DNA of 64,000 nt. It comes from Octopus bimaculoides. Taxonomy: Eukaryota. Positions 13,208 through 25,918 of the stretch are shown one piece after another. A program made the position numbers and the translations under genes. The stretch is from contig NC_068981.1 of the NCBI RefSeq assembly GCF_001194135.2, forward strand, positions 66,598,835-66,662,834, written 5' to 3'. The stretch's first letter is position 1, and each line of letters begins with the position of its first letter. The notes beneath the pieces were generated by a model. The model saw nothing but the letters and a program-made list of their open reading frames with translations. It was not told the DNA's origin and searched no databases.

Positions 13208-13428
13208 TATTTCGTTATTGCCCACAAGGGGCTAAACATAGAGGGAACAAACAAGAACAGACGAACGGATTAAGTCGATTACATCGACCCCAGTGCGTAA
13301 CTGGTACTTAATTTATCGACCCCAAAAGGATGAAAGGCAAAGTCGACCACGGCGGAATTTGAACTCAGAACGTGAAGATAGACGAAATACTGCTAAGCCT
13401 TTCACCCGGCGTGCTAACGCTTCTGCCG
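13208..13428 (-). mobile_element. tRNA SINE with Meta/Sauria-like central domain
   Basis: Reverse complement contains gttctgagttcaaattccgcc (B box) and tttgcctttcatccttttggggtcgataaattaagtaccag. Near-identical copies at 28878-29107 and 61541-61764. The Meta assignment is from recalled consensus. Confidence 0.8.
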
Positions 13429-13731
13429 ACATGCACACGCACACGCACACNNNNNNNNNNNNNNNNNNNNNNNNNNNNNNNNNNNNNNNNNNNNNNNNNN
13501 NNNNNNNNNNNNNNNNNNNNNNNNNNNNNNNNNNNNNNNNNNNNNNNNNNNNNNNNNNNNNNNNNNNNNNNNNNNNNNNNCATTGCTACCACGGATTGAA
13601 TTTGGGAGTAGCTTCAGGTAAAATGTCAACACTCCTTTTGGCACTGTGTAATCTTGTCTGTCGGAAGTGAAGCTGAACATTCTAAGATCCGACTTCCCTA
13701 CTTCAAATAATATTTTCTTTGTCCAGATCCC

Positions 13732-13801
<70 letters not shown>

Positions 13802-14542
13802 TGTATATATATGTGTGTGTTTATGTATGTATGTGTGTGTGTGTATATATATATGTATGTATATGTATATGGGCTATATGAATTTTCTGTTATTCATCTG
13901 AATAATAGCTGTGGAAGTTAAAGAAAATGGACTATAGAAGCAAAGATCAATTTCTCTCGACGCTTTTGAAACGTTTTAGCTAACAATTCCCATTATATTG
14001 CTGCTTATTTATTGAACAAGAAGCATTTTGGCATGAATTGACCATTTTAAATGCTTTAGCAATAACAGTGGAAAGTGAAAGCGACAACATATGTGCAGTC
14101 TATAAAAGTAAAAGAAAAGAAATAGAACAAAACAAAAGAAAAAAAGAAGAAAAATAATTAATAAAAAGAAAAGAAGTGAGAGTAAAGAAAATCTTTTGTC
14201 ATTTTCATGAATTGCCTTTATACAGCACTAGAAGATAGCTGAGAATGAAGTCCATCTTCAACAGTGATTATTGATAGTATAGCATTTACTGTCAAAAGCC
14301 ATAAGTTATATATAAATCATTGGAGGTTGCAAGGGTGGAATTAGGAGGAGATTTGAAATAGCCAATGGAAGAAGTAATTATAAAGAAAATTTAGTGGATC
14401 TCCTCCACCATTCTGGCTCTGCGTCACACAGAAAAACAAATAAAATATAAGAAATAAATGAGCCACAACAAAGGAAGATAAACAAAATCCAAAATGAAAA
14501 GAATGAACAAAAGACTATATATATGTATGTATATATATACAT

Positions 14543-14573
<31 letters not shown>

Positions 14574-16544
14574 TAAGGTGCATATATAGCTGTCTGGTTA
14601 AGAAGTTTGCTTCAGAACCATTTAATTTGGGGTTTGGCCTCACTGTGTGGGAGCTGTCAGCTGGTGTCCTTTGGTTATGGTCACAGGTTGTTCAGTACCT
14701 TGTGATTGAAATTAGGAGACAGAAACTGAAAAAGAAGTGTATGTGCATGTACACACACACACACACACACACACAGATATTGAACAATGAAAATGAGTGC
14801 TCTACACCACATTGGTGGATAACAATTCTTATTTGTCGATTAAAACCACCACTGGTTTCCTGTTATGGAAGCCCTTAACAATTATCATGCCTATCACATG
14901 GAACATCAGTGTTCATCTCCATTTTGGATTAAAACATGTCTGTCTGTCTATCAAACCAACCAATCAAATTGAGGGAGTGGAACAGGTAAAATCCAAGCTA
15001 CATATGTTTCTTAACTAGCTGACCTTCTGATGTAATAATTACTCAGTGAGCGTACTCAACTTAGTTATTCATCAGGCTGGAATACTTCTCAGCTTATCGA
15101 ATTTCCTTGTAATTTCGATGTGGGAAAAAGTGTGTAACCTTCAATGATGCCAATAAATTGTTATTGTTTTGTCCTCTTTTTGTTTACTATACCTGCCATG
15201 GACTGCTTGAAGCTTACAAACTTCCTACACTTGGATCCCTGTATCTTACCCTTATATGTTGATATCTATCTATCTATCTGTTGATCCATCCCTAATGGAG
15301 GCAATGACCGAGACCTTTGACATTATGTTGTGCATGAGAAGAAGATCCATCATGCTGAGTAAAATTGCAGTCATGGCAGATACTGGTGTCATGCAAATGT
15401 CATCTGTGCTGGTGGCACATAAAAACACCCATTACACTCTTGGAGTGGTTGGCGTTAGGAAGGGCATCCAACTGTAGAAACCATGCCAAATCAGACTGGA
15501 GTCTGGTGCAGCCTTCCAGCTTGCCAGCTCTGGTCAAGCTGTCCAACCCATGCCAGCATGGACAATGGATGCTAAATGGTGATGATGATGATGATGATAT
15601 ATACATATATGTCTGTCTTGACCAGACTTCAGATGTTGTATACTGCTGGTCACAATGTGCTTCCTTGCACAGTTCTAGTTTACAAATGATGTTACCCTGC
15701 TGGCTTGGTGGGTAGGCCAACATTTCTCACAGAAGGGATGCCAGTCTATCACAGGGTTACCCATTTACAGCTGAGTAGACTGAAGCATTGTGAAATGAAA
15801 TGTTTTGTTCAAGAAAGCAACACACAGCCCAGTCTGGGAATTGACACCGCGAGCTTGTGATCATGAGTGCAGCACCCTCATCACTAGACCCTGCACTTTT
15901 ATATATATGTGTATGTGTGCGTGTATTTTCCCTCATCTCTACATGCATTCACTGACTGTAAACAACAGTTTTACAGTTTATACAAAGAGTGTCATTTGCG
16001 AAAGCACATATGAGATTCTCAACATGTGTGATCTGTGTCAAACATGGCTTTCAATAGACTAGTTGGGGGTGAGGGTGGGACTATTACTTTGCTTGGAAAC
16101 TGATGAGGGCTGGCATTAACAAAAAGCATCCAGCTGTAGAAAACTGCTCCAACACTGTTTGTTTTGACCAATGCAAGCATGAAAAGTAGATGTTAAAATG
16201 ATAATGTTGATAATATATGAGGGCTTTTCATTGCTGTTTCTGCATGCAAGTTTCACTCACAAGTCTTTGGTCAGCCTAGGGCTACAGTAAATGACATTTA
16301 CCCAAAGTACTGCACAGTGGAACTGAACCTGAAACAATGTGGTTGGAAAGCAGTCTTCTTAACCATACAACCATGCCTGATTGGGCAACCACATATCAGC
16401 CTACACAATCATTAGGTGAAATGTGGTCCCAACAACCTTTTTTATGATTTTCCTATACTTGGCATTCAGTGCAGGTTATAGAGTCCAGTACGGTACCAGG
16501 ATTCTGTGTGAAATATTGCTGGTTTGTGTTCTGTCAAAGTATTG

Positions 16545-17180
16545 TTAAAGTAACATGGTAGAATTGGTTGAGTGTTGGAGGACAAAATTCTTGTGATATT
16601 TGGTTACATCCTTTTGTGTTCTGAGTTCAAATCCTACCTGGATGTTTTCTTTTTATATTTTGGAAATTGAAGTAAATATCAGTCTACAAGTTAATTGTGT
16701 TGGTTTATATAAAAGGCTCAAAGTTTGAAAGTAGTGCTTTAGCATGGCCACAGTCCAATGGCTGAAACTAATGAATGAATAAAAGAATCCTTTTTATATA
16801 TTCTGAGCTCAAATTGTCTTGTGTTTTGAGTGCAAATTCCGCTGCAGTCAACTTTGCCTCTCATTTTGTTTTTGGTGGGGGCTTGATGAGATAAATACCT
16901 CTCAAGTTTTAATTGATTGTTCTACTGCACTACCAAAGTGGCTTTGGGCTGTTTATGTTAAAAATTATTGGCAAAATTGTTACCCATGGGTAAAATGCTT
17001 AGTGGCATTTTATCTGTTTTTATATTCTGAGTTCAAATTCTGCCAAAGTTAACTTGCCTTTCATCCTTATGGCGTCAATAAAAAAGTACCAGTTAAGCAT
17101 GGGGATTGATGTAATCGATTTACTCCTCCCTCTAAATTGTTGACCTTGTGCCAAGATCTGAAACCATTTCTATTATTATT
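16545..17180 (+). mobile_element. Cluster of 2-3 degenerate Meta-like SINE copies
   Basis: Repeated ttctgagttcaaat...actttgcctttcatcc modules. Confidence 0.7.
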
Positions 17181-17735
17181 GAGTAAGAGAGCAGTGCATG
17201 CCATCAAAGTGACACTGGGGTAAAATATACGAAGCCTATTATACCCACCATGACTACCCGTCTGACAAGGGTACACCAGGCACATGCATCACAACCATAT
17301 GTGCGCGACATGGTGATCTCATATCAAGATAAACAGCGTATGACTTCGCAGGTGGGCCCAGTTAGAATTTTCTTCAGGTGGAGTAACCCATCCTGCTCAA
17401 AAGGTCCCTGAATAAGGTTTCTTTAAGGATGTTGAGCAAAACACTCATGTTTCCAATGGTGAATTATTCAAACGCCAAAGAATTTCTCTCAACACATGGC
17501 TATGATGCTCCCCCACTACTTCTGCTCATGATCAGAGATGCACATATTGTCAGCCACAAAGGGACATGCTCAACTGGTTAAGGTCAAACAACTGACAAGC
17601 AAATCTGTGGTATTAAGCAGAATATTTGCTGTAACCCATCTTTTATACCAAGACAAAATAATGAACATGATAACACTGCCAATCGATTAAGATCAGAAGT
17701 AATGAGAGCCACTGCCTGGTACTGCATCAGGGCAT
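17181..17735. mobile_element. ~555-bp non-coding interspersed repeat (type D) with (TAT)n on both sides
   Basis: Colinear with 25441-25918; no ORF and no tRNA boxes recognised; orientation undetermined. Confidence 0.8.
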
Positions 17736-17736
17736 C

Positions 17737-17784
<48 letters not shown>

Positions 17785-17838
17785 GATTATCATTATTATT
17801 ATTGCTTTTTTTTCTTCTTTCTTCAAATTTTCTTCCAC

Positions 17839-17996
17839 TTCTCGCCGAGTGTTTTCCATATACCTAGGGCAGAGAAGCTCATTGTATGCATTCCCAGTTT
17901 ACACACACAAATTCACAAGTAAAATGTGTGTGTAAACTGGGAATGCATACAATGAGCTTCTCTGCCCTAGGTGTACGGAAAAACACTTGGCGAGAA
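17839..17996. repeat. Near-perfect ~70-bp-arm inverted repeat
   Basis: 17839-17909 vs reverse complement of 17925-17996: 3 substitutions and 1 indel; ~15-nt spacer. Confidence 0.9.
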
Positions 17997-18034
17997 TATT
18001 ATTATTATTATTATTGTTATTATTATTATTATTC

Positions 18035-18570
18035 AACTTGACTCAGGTTTGATCTTATTTCTAATAGAATTTATGTGGGTAGTGGGTTACTACCAGTAAC
18101 CTTAGATATCCATTAGCTTTCAATAATATTGCAAGTGCTGAAAACTCTTCTGATAATCTTTCCTGTTCTTAAGAAACAAACCTTGTGTAGAATCTCTTCA
18201 GGACTATCCATCCCTATCTACTTCAACCATTTATCTATATCATTACTCACAGTCCCTAATGCACCAATTATTACAGGAACAACCTTTACAGTTTTCATAC
18301 TCTAAATTCTCGCAATTTCAAATTTTAAGGGATTGTATTTTAAAATATATTTTGTCCTCTTTCTTTACAACCATGGAATCAAACGGACATAATAGATCAG
18401 TCTGTAAGCAACTTTGCTTTCCCTTGTCTATTATTGTTATATTTGGTTTATTATTTTCTATCTTCTTATCTGTTTCAATTTGGAAAATCCCTTAAAATCT
18501 TGTGTTCTCTGACTCCAGCATTCTTTCAACCTGATGATTATTCCAAGTGCTTCCAGCTTCAAAGCCCCAT
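18035..18570 (-). pseudogene. 3' fragment of an R4/Dong-like non-LTR retrotransposon (restriction-like endonuclease)
   Basis: Translates with stops and one frameshift as FQIETDKKIENNKPNITIIDKGKQSC...KYNPLKFEIARI*SMKTVKVVPVIIGALGTVS...LRTGKIIRRVF, matching the NRPDI/KY.L/VIGALG RLE domain. (TAT)n on both sides. Confidence 0.85.
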
Positions 18571-18625
18571 TTCTGATGACAACAACAATGACAATGATGA
18601 CAACAACAACAGCAACAATAACAAC

Positions 18626-18680
<55 letters not shown>

Positions 18681-19385
18681 TGTACAGCAGAGCCTGTGCC
18701 GACTTCAATAAAGTCACTTGATCTATTAGATATAGCAGCTAAATTTCCTTTAATCACACCAGATGTTCTGAAAAAGAAAAATACATAAAAAAAAAATCAA
18801 GAGACATGAGGGCTAGGATCTGCAGTGGTGTTGATTTGCCTTTGAAGAAGCTGTTTTGGTTCTGTCATAGGAAGGGATCAATATTAGTTTATCATTATTT
18901 AGTGTCTGTTGTCCATTTCTGTTTACCAATTTTCTTAAATAACGTGGTCCAAAATTCCCATAAAAAGATATTTTTACAGCAGCTGGATTGTGTTTTGATT
19001 TGAAGTTTACTAAATCAAGGCTGACGTGTCGTTAAATAACAACAACAATTAATACTTAATTTACTGACCAGTTTCTTTTTGAATAATAAAAAGTAAAGTT
19101 GAGCCTCACATGATTTGAACTCATAACAACAAGGCAAGTAGTGGGTTTTAGATAACATGAAATATTCAGTTTAATGTTTCTTCAGCCTCCGCCAGCTATA
19201 ATGATGACAGTTATGATGATGGAAACAGTGATACTTATGCAGATGGTGGTAGTGATGGTAAAAATTATGTAACTTTCATAAGAAAATTGTTCAGAAATGA
19301 AGATGTTGAGAAATCTACACAAGAGATGGCTACAGAATATTGCAGTAAAATATTTTAGCTAAACCCACACATATAATATATATAT

Positions 19386-19430
<45 letters not shown>

Positions 19431-21102
19431 ATTGTATATGCGTAAATATATATATATTTTTTGTGTGTGTGTATGTATATANNNNNNNNNNNNNNNNNNN
19501 NNNNNNNNNNNNNNNNNNNNNNNNNNNNNNNNNNNNNNNNNNNNNNNNNNNNNNNNNNNNNNNNNNNNNNNNNNNNNNNNNNNNNNNNNNNNNNNNNNNN
19601 NNNNNNNNNNNNNNNNNNNNNNNNNNNNNNNNNNNNNNNNNNNNNNNNNNNNNNNNNNNNNNNNNNNNNNNNNNNNNNNNNNNNNNNNNNNNNNNNNNNN
19701 NNNNNNNNNNNNNNNNNNNNNNNNNNNNNNNNNNNNNNNNNNNNNNNNNNNNNNNNNNNNNNNNNNNNNNNNNNNNNNNNNNNNNNNNNNNATAACATCT
19801 ATCATTCTATCATGTGACCTTAAAATACAACATTAACAAAAATAGGAGGAAAAAAAATATGAGCCAAAAAAAAAATATGAACCAAAAAAAAAAAAAATTC
19901 AGGAAAGCATGCCAAGCAGAACTAAAATAATAAAAAACCCCCCTCACTCTTAGTAAGTTTCCTGTTTCATAGATAGCAGAAAACATTATTGATAATATAT
20001 GTATGTATGTGTATATACAACTGAGTAATAATATGAAAAAATAATAAAAAATAAAAATGGTAAAGAATATGTAAAAAAACTAAATACTGATCAAGGGAAA
20101 CGCATTTATAATGGAAGTATATTGTGAAATACTATTTTTCTCTACCATATTACAACCTGTCTTTGAAATGTATGTAATATGTCTGTATGTATGTGTCTGT
20201 GTTGAAACACATGCATACATACTGTTTTTGTTGCTGTTGTTGTTGTTGTTTTTATCTGAAAGAACTACTCAATAAATTGGTTGACCTTTTAATATGTAAG
20301 TTTTGATGCAGTATGTCTGGCTTACTGACCATAAGTAAGTTAAGTATAAATAAAGTTCAAATTCTTCTTGAATAAATGGTAAACACCCACACGCACACAT
20401 GTATACATATATGCATGCATGCACACATGTATGTACATATGCACAAAATGGTATGTGTTCCAAGCATTTATGCAAAAACAATGTAACATGTGGGACTTTA
20501 AATAGAAAGTAAGATGGTAGAGGAAGAAAAATAAAGTCCCATTCACCCCAAACGAGGTGGGGGAGGGGTGAGAGAAAGGAAAGAGATTGCACTTAGCAAC
20601 TGCATTGAATAAAATGTCTTCTTCAGTAATGAAAAAAAAAAAAAATTAACAAAACCTATAAAAAAAATAAAGAATGTAAATGAATTAAGAAAAGAAAAGT
20701 GACCAATGTTTAAAATCTATTAGGAATGTAAATCGGCAGTTGAAATGCATTTATCTTTAGTCTTGGAAAGTATGGAGCTCTCAGAAAATATTCTTTTTCC
20801 AACTCATCTGATTGATTTCAGACAAGTGAAATCCCTTAAGGTTTTTTAAATATATGTTGAAAATGCCTGAAATTATGTATCAGAGTCTCTTATGGTCTTT
20901 GTTTTTTGTTTTGTTACCATTTTAAACATTCAGTGAAAATGTCTGAAAGCATATATCCAAAAGAATACAAGATTGTATGTCTGAATCTTCATCGAAACAA
21001 TCAAAAGTAAATTTAAGATTAAGAGAAAACAACAAAAAACCAGTACATTTGTCCAGTGATTTCCTAAGCATTGCTTAGATTAACCGTAATATACTACTAC
21101 AT

Positions 21103-21297
21103 AGGTGCAGGCATGGCTGTGTAAAAAGAAACTTTCTCCCCAACCACATGGTTCCAGGTTTAGTCCCACTACGTGGCACCTTGGGCAAGTGTCTTACACA
21201 ATAGCCTTGGGCCAACCAAAGACTTGTGAGTGGATTTGGTTGCTAGAAACTGAAAGAAGCCCATCATATTTATATGTGTGTGTGCGTGCATGCGTGT

Positions 21298-21381
<84 letters not shown>

Positions 21382-21573
21382 TCTTGTGTTTGTCCCTCCT
21401 ATCACCACTTGACAACCAGTATCGGTTTGTTTATGTCCCTGTAAATTAGCTGTTCGGCAAAAGAGACCAATAGAATAAGTACTGGAGTTGAATTCTTTGA
21501 CTGAAACCCTGTAAGGCAGTGCTCCAGCATGACTGCAGTCAAATGACTGAAACATGTAAGAGAATAAAAGAAT
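21103..21573 (+). mobile_element. Full CORE-like tRNA SINE, type A1
   Basis: Head ...ggttccaggtttagtccc...ggcaccttgggcaagtgtctt; (TG)n linker; tail gatagaataagtact...ccagcatgactgcagtcaaatgactgaaac. Further copies at 30765-31239, 32379-32590, 52855-53170 (+) and 36890-37150, 57800-58010 (-). Confidence 0.85.
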
Positions 21574-21825
21574 ACTGTCCATTTAATTGGTTGTACTAAC
21601 TCCTTGGTTGTTATTGGCAGAAGTTTTAGAGAATTTGTGTAAGTGTGGCTCTGTGGTTAAGAAGTTTGCTTCCCAACTCCATGGTTCTAGGTTCAGTTCC
21701 ACTATTGGCACCTTGGGCAAGTGTCTTTTACTATAGCCATGTGCTGACTAAAGCCTTGTGAGTGGATTTGGTAGATGTATGTGTGTGTGTGCATGTATAT
21801 GTATATTCAAGCCATGTCCCCCCAC

Positions 21826-21858
<33 letters not shown>

Positions 21859-21872
21859 CATATATATATATG

Positions 21873-21914
<42 letters not shown>

Positions 21915-22877
21915 GCATCTGCTTTCCATGCTGGCATAGGTTGGATGGTTTGATCAGAGCTGGCAAGCTGGGAAGCAGCACCAGGTTCCAGTTTGATTTG
22001 GCTTGGTTTCTATGGCTGGATGCCATTCCTAATGGCAACTGCTTTACAGTGTGTGCTGGGTGCTCTTAACATACCACCAGCATGAACACACTATCATGTG
22101 GCACTGGCACGTGTGCTTTTTACTTGGCACTGGCACAAGCCAGTACGTACGTACGTACGTATGTATGTATGTATGTATTTATGTATGTATGTATGTATGT
22201 ATGTATGCATTCATGTATGTATACGTATGTATGTGAGTGGAGTATGTTTGCATCTATATCTTGACATCATGTGTTTTAAATGAATGACATTCATTTCTAG
22301 TACTCTGCAATTATATTTCTGGCCATGGGGTAAATATTACCTTACTTGGAAACAGGTAAGGGTTGGTGATAGGAAGAGCATCCAGCCATGCAAAAATCTG
22401 CCTTGATAAACTCTGTGCAACCTTTGCAAGCATGCAAAAATACATTAAAATGATGATGATTATTGGAGAAAAAATACCTTGCACTATTTAGTTAAGGCCT
22501 TTCATATTCTGACTTCAAATCCTGCAAATGTCAATTTTTCCTTTCATCTTTCCAGCGTCATTAAAATAAAGTATCAGCCAAGTACTGAGCTCTGAATAAT
22601 CAACTATACCTCTCATGTTAAATTTCTGGCCTTGTGTCAGTTTTAGAAACAATTATGGGTGGAGGGATCATTAGTTCGTCAAATGAAATGCTATGCAGTA
22701 TTTAGTTGCACTACATTTTGTTCTTAGTTCAGACCCTACTGAGGTCAACTTTGCTTTTAATTCTTCTGGGATCAATAAAATACCTTCTAGTACTGAGGTC
22801 ATTCTAATCAGCTAAACCTTGTCCTTTAAAATTACTGTTCTTATATCTAAATCAGGAACAATTATTATTTAACATTT

Positions 22878-23095
22878 AGTATCACGGAGATGTACTTGCA
22901 TAGCAAGTTACTTGATCTGAGATTATGTGCTGAAACAAAAACAATTGCAGCATGAAAGATGTTTGTAAGCCATTTAAGAACACACAAAAAAACATTAGAT
23001 TCACTTCAACATTTAAGTTTAATTTGTGTCAAAATATTTTCATTGCTTTGAAACTGCAACCTGTTCACTGACAGAACTTTGTGCTGCATCTGAGA
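22878..23095 (-). mobile_element. Short non-coding element carrying a hammerhead-like motif (putative PLE terminal-repeat derivative)
   Basis: Contains the motif at 23027-23073 and a 6-bp hairpin acttgc-ata-gcaagt near 22893-22907. Boundaries approximate. Confidence 0.45.
23027..23073 (-). ncRNA. Minimal type I hammerhead ribozyme-like motif with G3:C8 core swap
   Basis: Minus strand: TGTCA GTGAACA G GTTGC AGTTTCAAA GCAAT GAA AATATT T TGACA = stem I, core, extra purine, stem II, GAA, palindromic stem III, H17, stem I'. Confidence 0.55.
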
Positions 23096-23141
23096 AAGTA
23101 ACAGTTAGTTCATGATATATATGTGTTTATGTACGTATATA

Positions 23142-23176
<35 letters not shown>

Positions 23177-23399
23177 ATGTATGTGTGTATGTACGTACAT
23201 GCGTATATATGTACGTGTGTATGTATGTGTGCATGTATGCATGTATATACGCATATACACATGTATGTACGTATGTATGTATATATATATGTATGTGAGT
23301 ATTTATGTATGTAAGTGTGTAGATGTGTCTGTGTGTGTGTATATGTGTATGTACATGTAAATGTATGTTTATGTACTGATATGTGTTGTTTCAGTTAAA

Positions 23400-23925
23400 T
23401 TTCTACTGCATCACCTGCTACACCTCCATGTTGCTGGGGTGTGTGCAGCATTGTGTTGGGAGAATGCAAGCTCTCCCTGGTATTGTATTGCATCTGTTTG
23501 TTTTGTTATGGGGCTTAGTTGCAGTCTTTTGTTGTATTAACGTTTGTATTTTGTGTTCTTTATGTAATGTGAGTTGTGTTCTTCTGTTGGGTATTGGACC
23601 TGTTGGTGGTTGTTTATTTAATTGGATATTTGCTATATAATGTGTCTCTTGTGTTTGTGGATTGTTTTGTTTGGGTTGTATAATTGAATTAATAGTGTCT
23701 CCCATAGGATGTGGGCTGTTCCTAGCAGGGCTATTTTTTTGGATAGTTGTAGCGTTGCAAATTCAGGTATAGCTTCTATGTTTATGTTCATATGTTTTTT
23801 TTAATCATACCCAATGCTCCAATTATTACTGATATTGTTTTCACCTTTATGCCCCATATTTTGAATACTTCAATTTTGAGGTCTTTGTGCTTTGACATTT
23901 TCTCTACGTCTTTTTTTTGGAGCAA
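23400..23925 (-). pseudogene. 3' end (RLE C-terminus and 3' UTR) of an R4/Dong-like LINE
   Basis: EKMSKHKDLKIEVFKIWGIKVKTISVIIGALGMIKK and, after a frameshift, KIALLGTAHIL; 5' junction abuts (TAT)n at ~23930-23950. Confidence 0.75.
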
Positions 23926-24248
23926 TATTTATTATTATTATTATTATCATTATCTGCCTGTACTGCCTGACTGGCCTTCGTGCCGGTGGCATGTAAAAGC
24001 ACCCACTACACTCTCGGAGTGGTTGGCGTTAGGAAGGGCATCCAGTTGTAGAAACTCTGCCAGATCAGACTGGAGCCTGGTGTAGCCATCTGGTTCACCA
24101 GTCCTCAGTNNNNNNNNNNCTCTGCCAGATCAGACTGGAGCCTGGTGTAGCCATCTGGTTCACCAGTCCTCAGTCAAATCGTCCAACCCATGCTAGCATG
24201 GAAAGCGGACGTTAAACGATGATGATGATGATGATGATTATTATTATT

Positions 24249-24683
24249 AAGGTGGCGAGCTGGCAGAATCATTAGCATGCTGGGTAAAATGCTTAATGGT
24301 ATTTTGTCTGCCACTATGTTCTGAGTTCCAATTCTACCAAGGTCAACTTTACCTTTCATCCTTTCAGGGTCAATAAATCAAGTACCAGTTGAGTACTGAG
24401 GTTGATGTAATCAACTATCCCCCTTCCCCCAAATATGAGGCCTTGTGCCTATAGTAGAAAGAACTATTAAAGGTGGCGAGCTGGCAGAATTGTTAGCATG
24501 CTGGGTGAAATACTTAGCAGTATTTCGTCTGCTGCTATGTTTTGAGTTCAAATTCTGCCAAGGTCGACTTTGCCTTTCAACCTTTTGGGGTTTATAAATT
24601 AAGTACTAGTGAAACACTGGGGTTGATGTAATCAACTAGTCCCCTCCCCACAAATATGAGGTCTTGTGCCTCCAGTAGAAAGG

Positions 24684-24733
<50 letters not shown>

Positions 24734-25403
24734 CATTATTATTTTAAGCAGAAGATGGCAGAATTGTTAAGCGCACTAGGTTACATTCTGTGTTCAAATT
24801 CTTCCAAGGTTCAACTTTCATCCCTCTTGGGGGTCAATAAAATAAGTAGCAAGTGAATCCCGGGGTTGATGTAATTGGCACCGCCCAAAAATATTTGCTA
24901 GCCTAGTGCCAAAATTTAAAATCATCATCATCATCATCATTTTTATTGTTAAGGCAGTTAGCTGGCAGAATTGTTAGTGTGCTGGATGAAATGATTAGCG
25001 GTATTTTGCCTGTAGCTACGTTCTGAGTTCAAATCCTGCCGAAGTTGACTTCGCCTTTCATCCTTTTGGAGTCAATAAATTAAGTACCAGTGAAACACTG
25101 GGGTTGATGTAATCAACTAGTCCCCTCCCCGCCAAATTTCAGGCCTTGTGCCTACAGCAGAAAGGATTATTATTATTATCATTAAGGCTTGGAGTTGGCA
25201 GAACTGTTAGCATGCTGGACAAAATGCTGCTAAGCATTTTGTCCATTTTTATGTTCTGAGTTCAAATTCCTCTGCAGTTGATTTTGCCTTTCATCCTTTT
25301 GGGGTTGATGAAATAAATACCAGTTGATCACTAGGGTCAATCTAATTGACTACCCTCCTCCCTCTGCCCAAATATCAGGCCTTGTGCCTATAGTAGAAAG
25401 GAT
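24249..25403 (+). mobile_element. Five head-to-tail Meta-like SINE copies separated by (ATT)n/(ATC)n
   Basis: Units start at ~24249, 24469, 24746, 24951 and 25184, each with an aaggYggcgagctggcagaa-like head and ttctgagttcaaat box; four end in gccttgtgcct..agtagaaagg. Confidence 0.85.
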
Positions 25404-25440
25404 TGTTGCTGTTGTTGTTGTTGTCATTATTATTATTATT

Positions 25441-25918
25441 ATTGAGTGAGAGAGCAGTGCATACCATCAAAGTGATACAAGGGTAAAATATATGAAGCCC
25501 AGTATACTCATCATGACTACCTGTCTAATAAGGATACACCAGGCACATACATCACAACCATATGTGTGCAACATGGTGACCTTATATCAAGATAAACAGC
25601 ACATGATCTTGCAGGTGGGACCCAATTAAAATTTTCTTTGGTTTAAGTAGTCTATCCTGAATAAGGGTTGTTTAAGAATGTTGAATGAAACACCCATGTT
25701 TCCAGAGATGAATTATTCAAACCCCAAAAGATTTCCTCTCAACACATGACTATGATGCTCCCCAACTACTTCTGCTCATGATCAGAGATGCACATATCGT
25801 CAGCCACTATGGGACATGCTCAACTGGTTAAGGTCAAACAACTGACAAGCAAACCTGTGGTAATGAGCAGAATATTTGCTGTAGCCCATCTTTTTATACC
25901 AAGACAAAACATGTACAT
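25441..25918. mobile_element. Truncated second copy of the type D repeat
   Basis: Colinear with 17181-~17670. Confidence 0.8.

Noticed and set aside
13581-13735. Protein-like frame (IWTKKILFEVGKSDLRMFSFTSDRQDYTVPKG) and a CAG|GTAAAA donor on the opposite strand
   Set aside because: No recognisable homology, truncated by a gap, no consistent exon.
14775-14930. Repeat shared with ~27025-27200, possibly a PLE terminal repeat
   Set aside because: Homology is real, but no intact hammerhead core or coding link in these copies.
15060-15080. CTGATGA on the minus strand (also ~28510, ~39706) as hammerheads
   Set aside because: No stem II followed by GAAA and no stem I closure.
24050-24175. Tandem duplication in a type B element (also 30150-30245)
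   Set aside because: Identical copies face each other across a 10-N gap; overlapping contig ends.
24249-25403. CRISPR-like array
   Set aside because: Units are ~220-bp SINEs separated by microsatellites; no cas genes; eukaryotic context.
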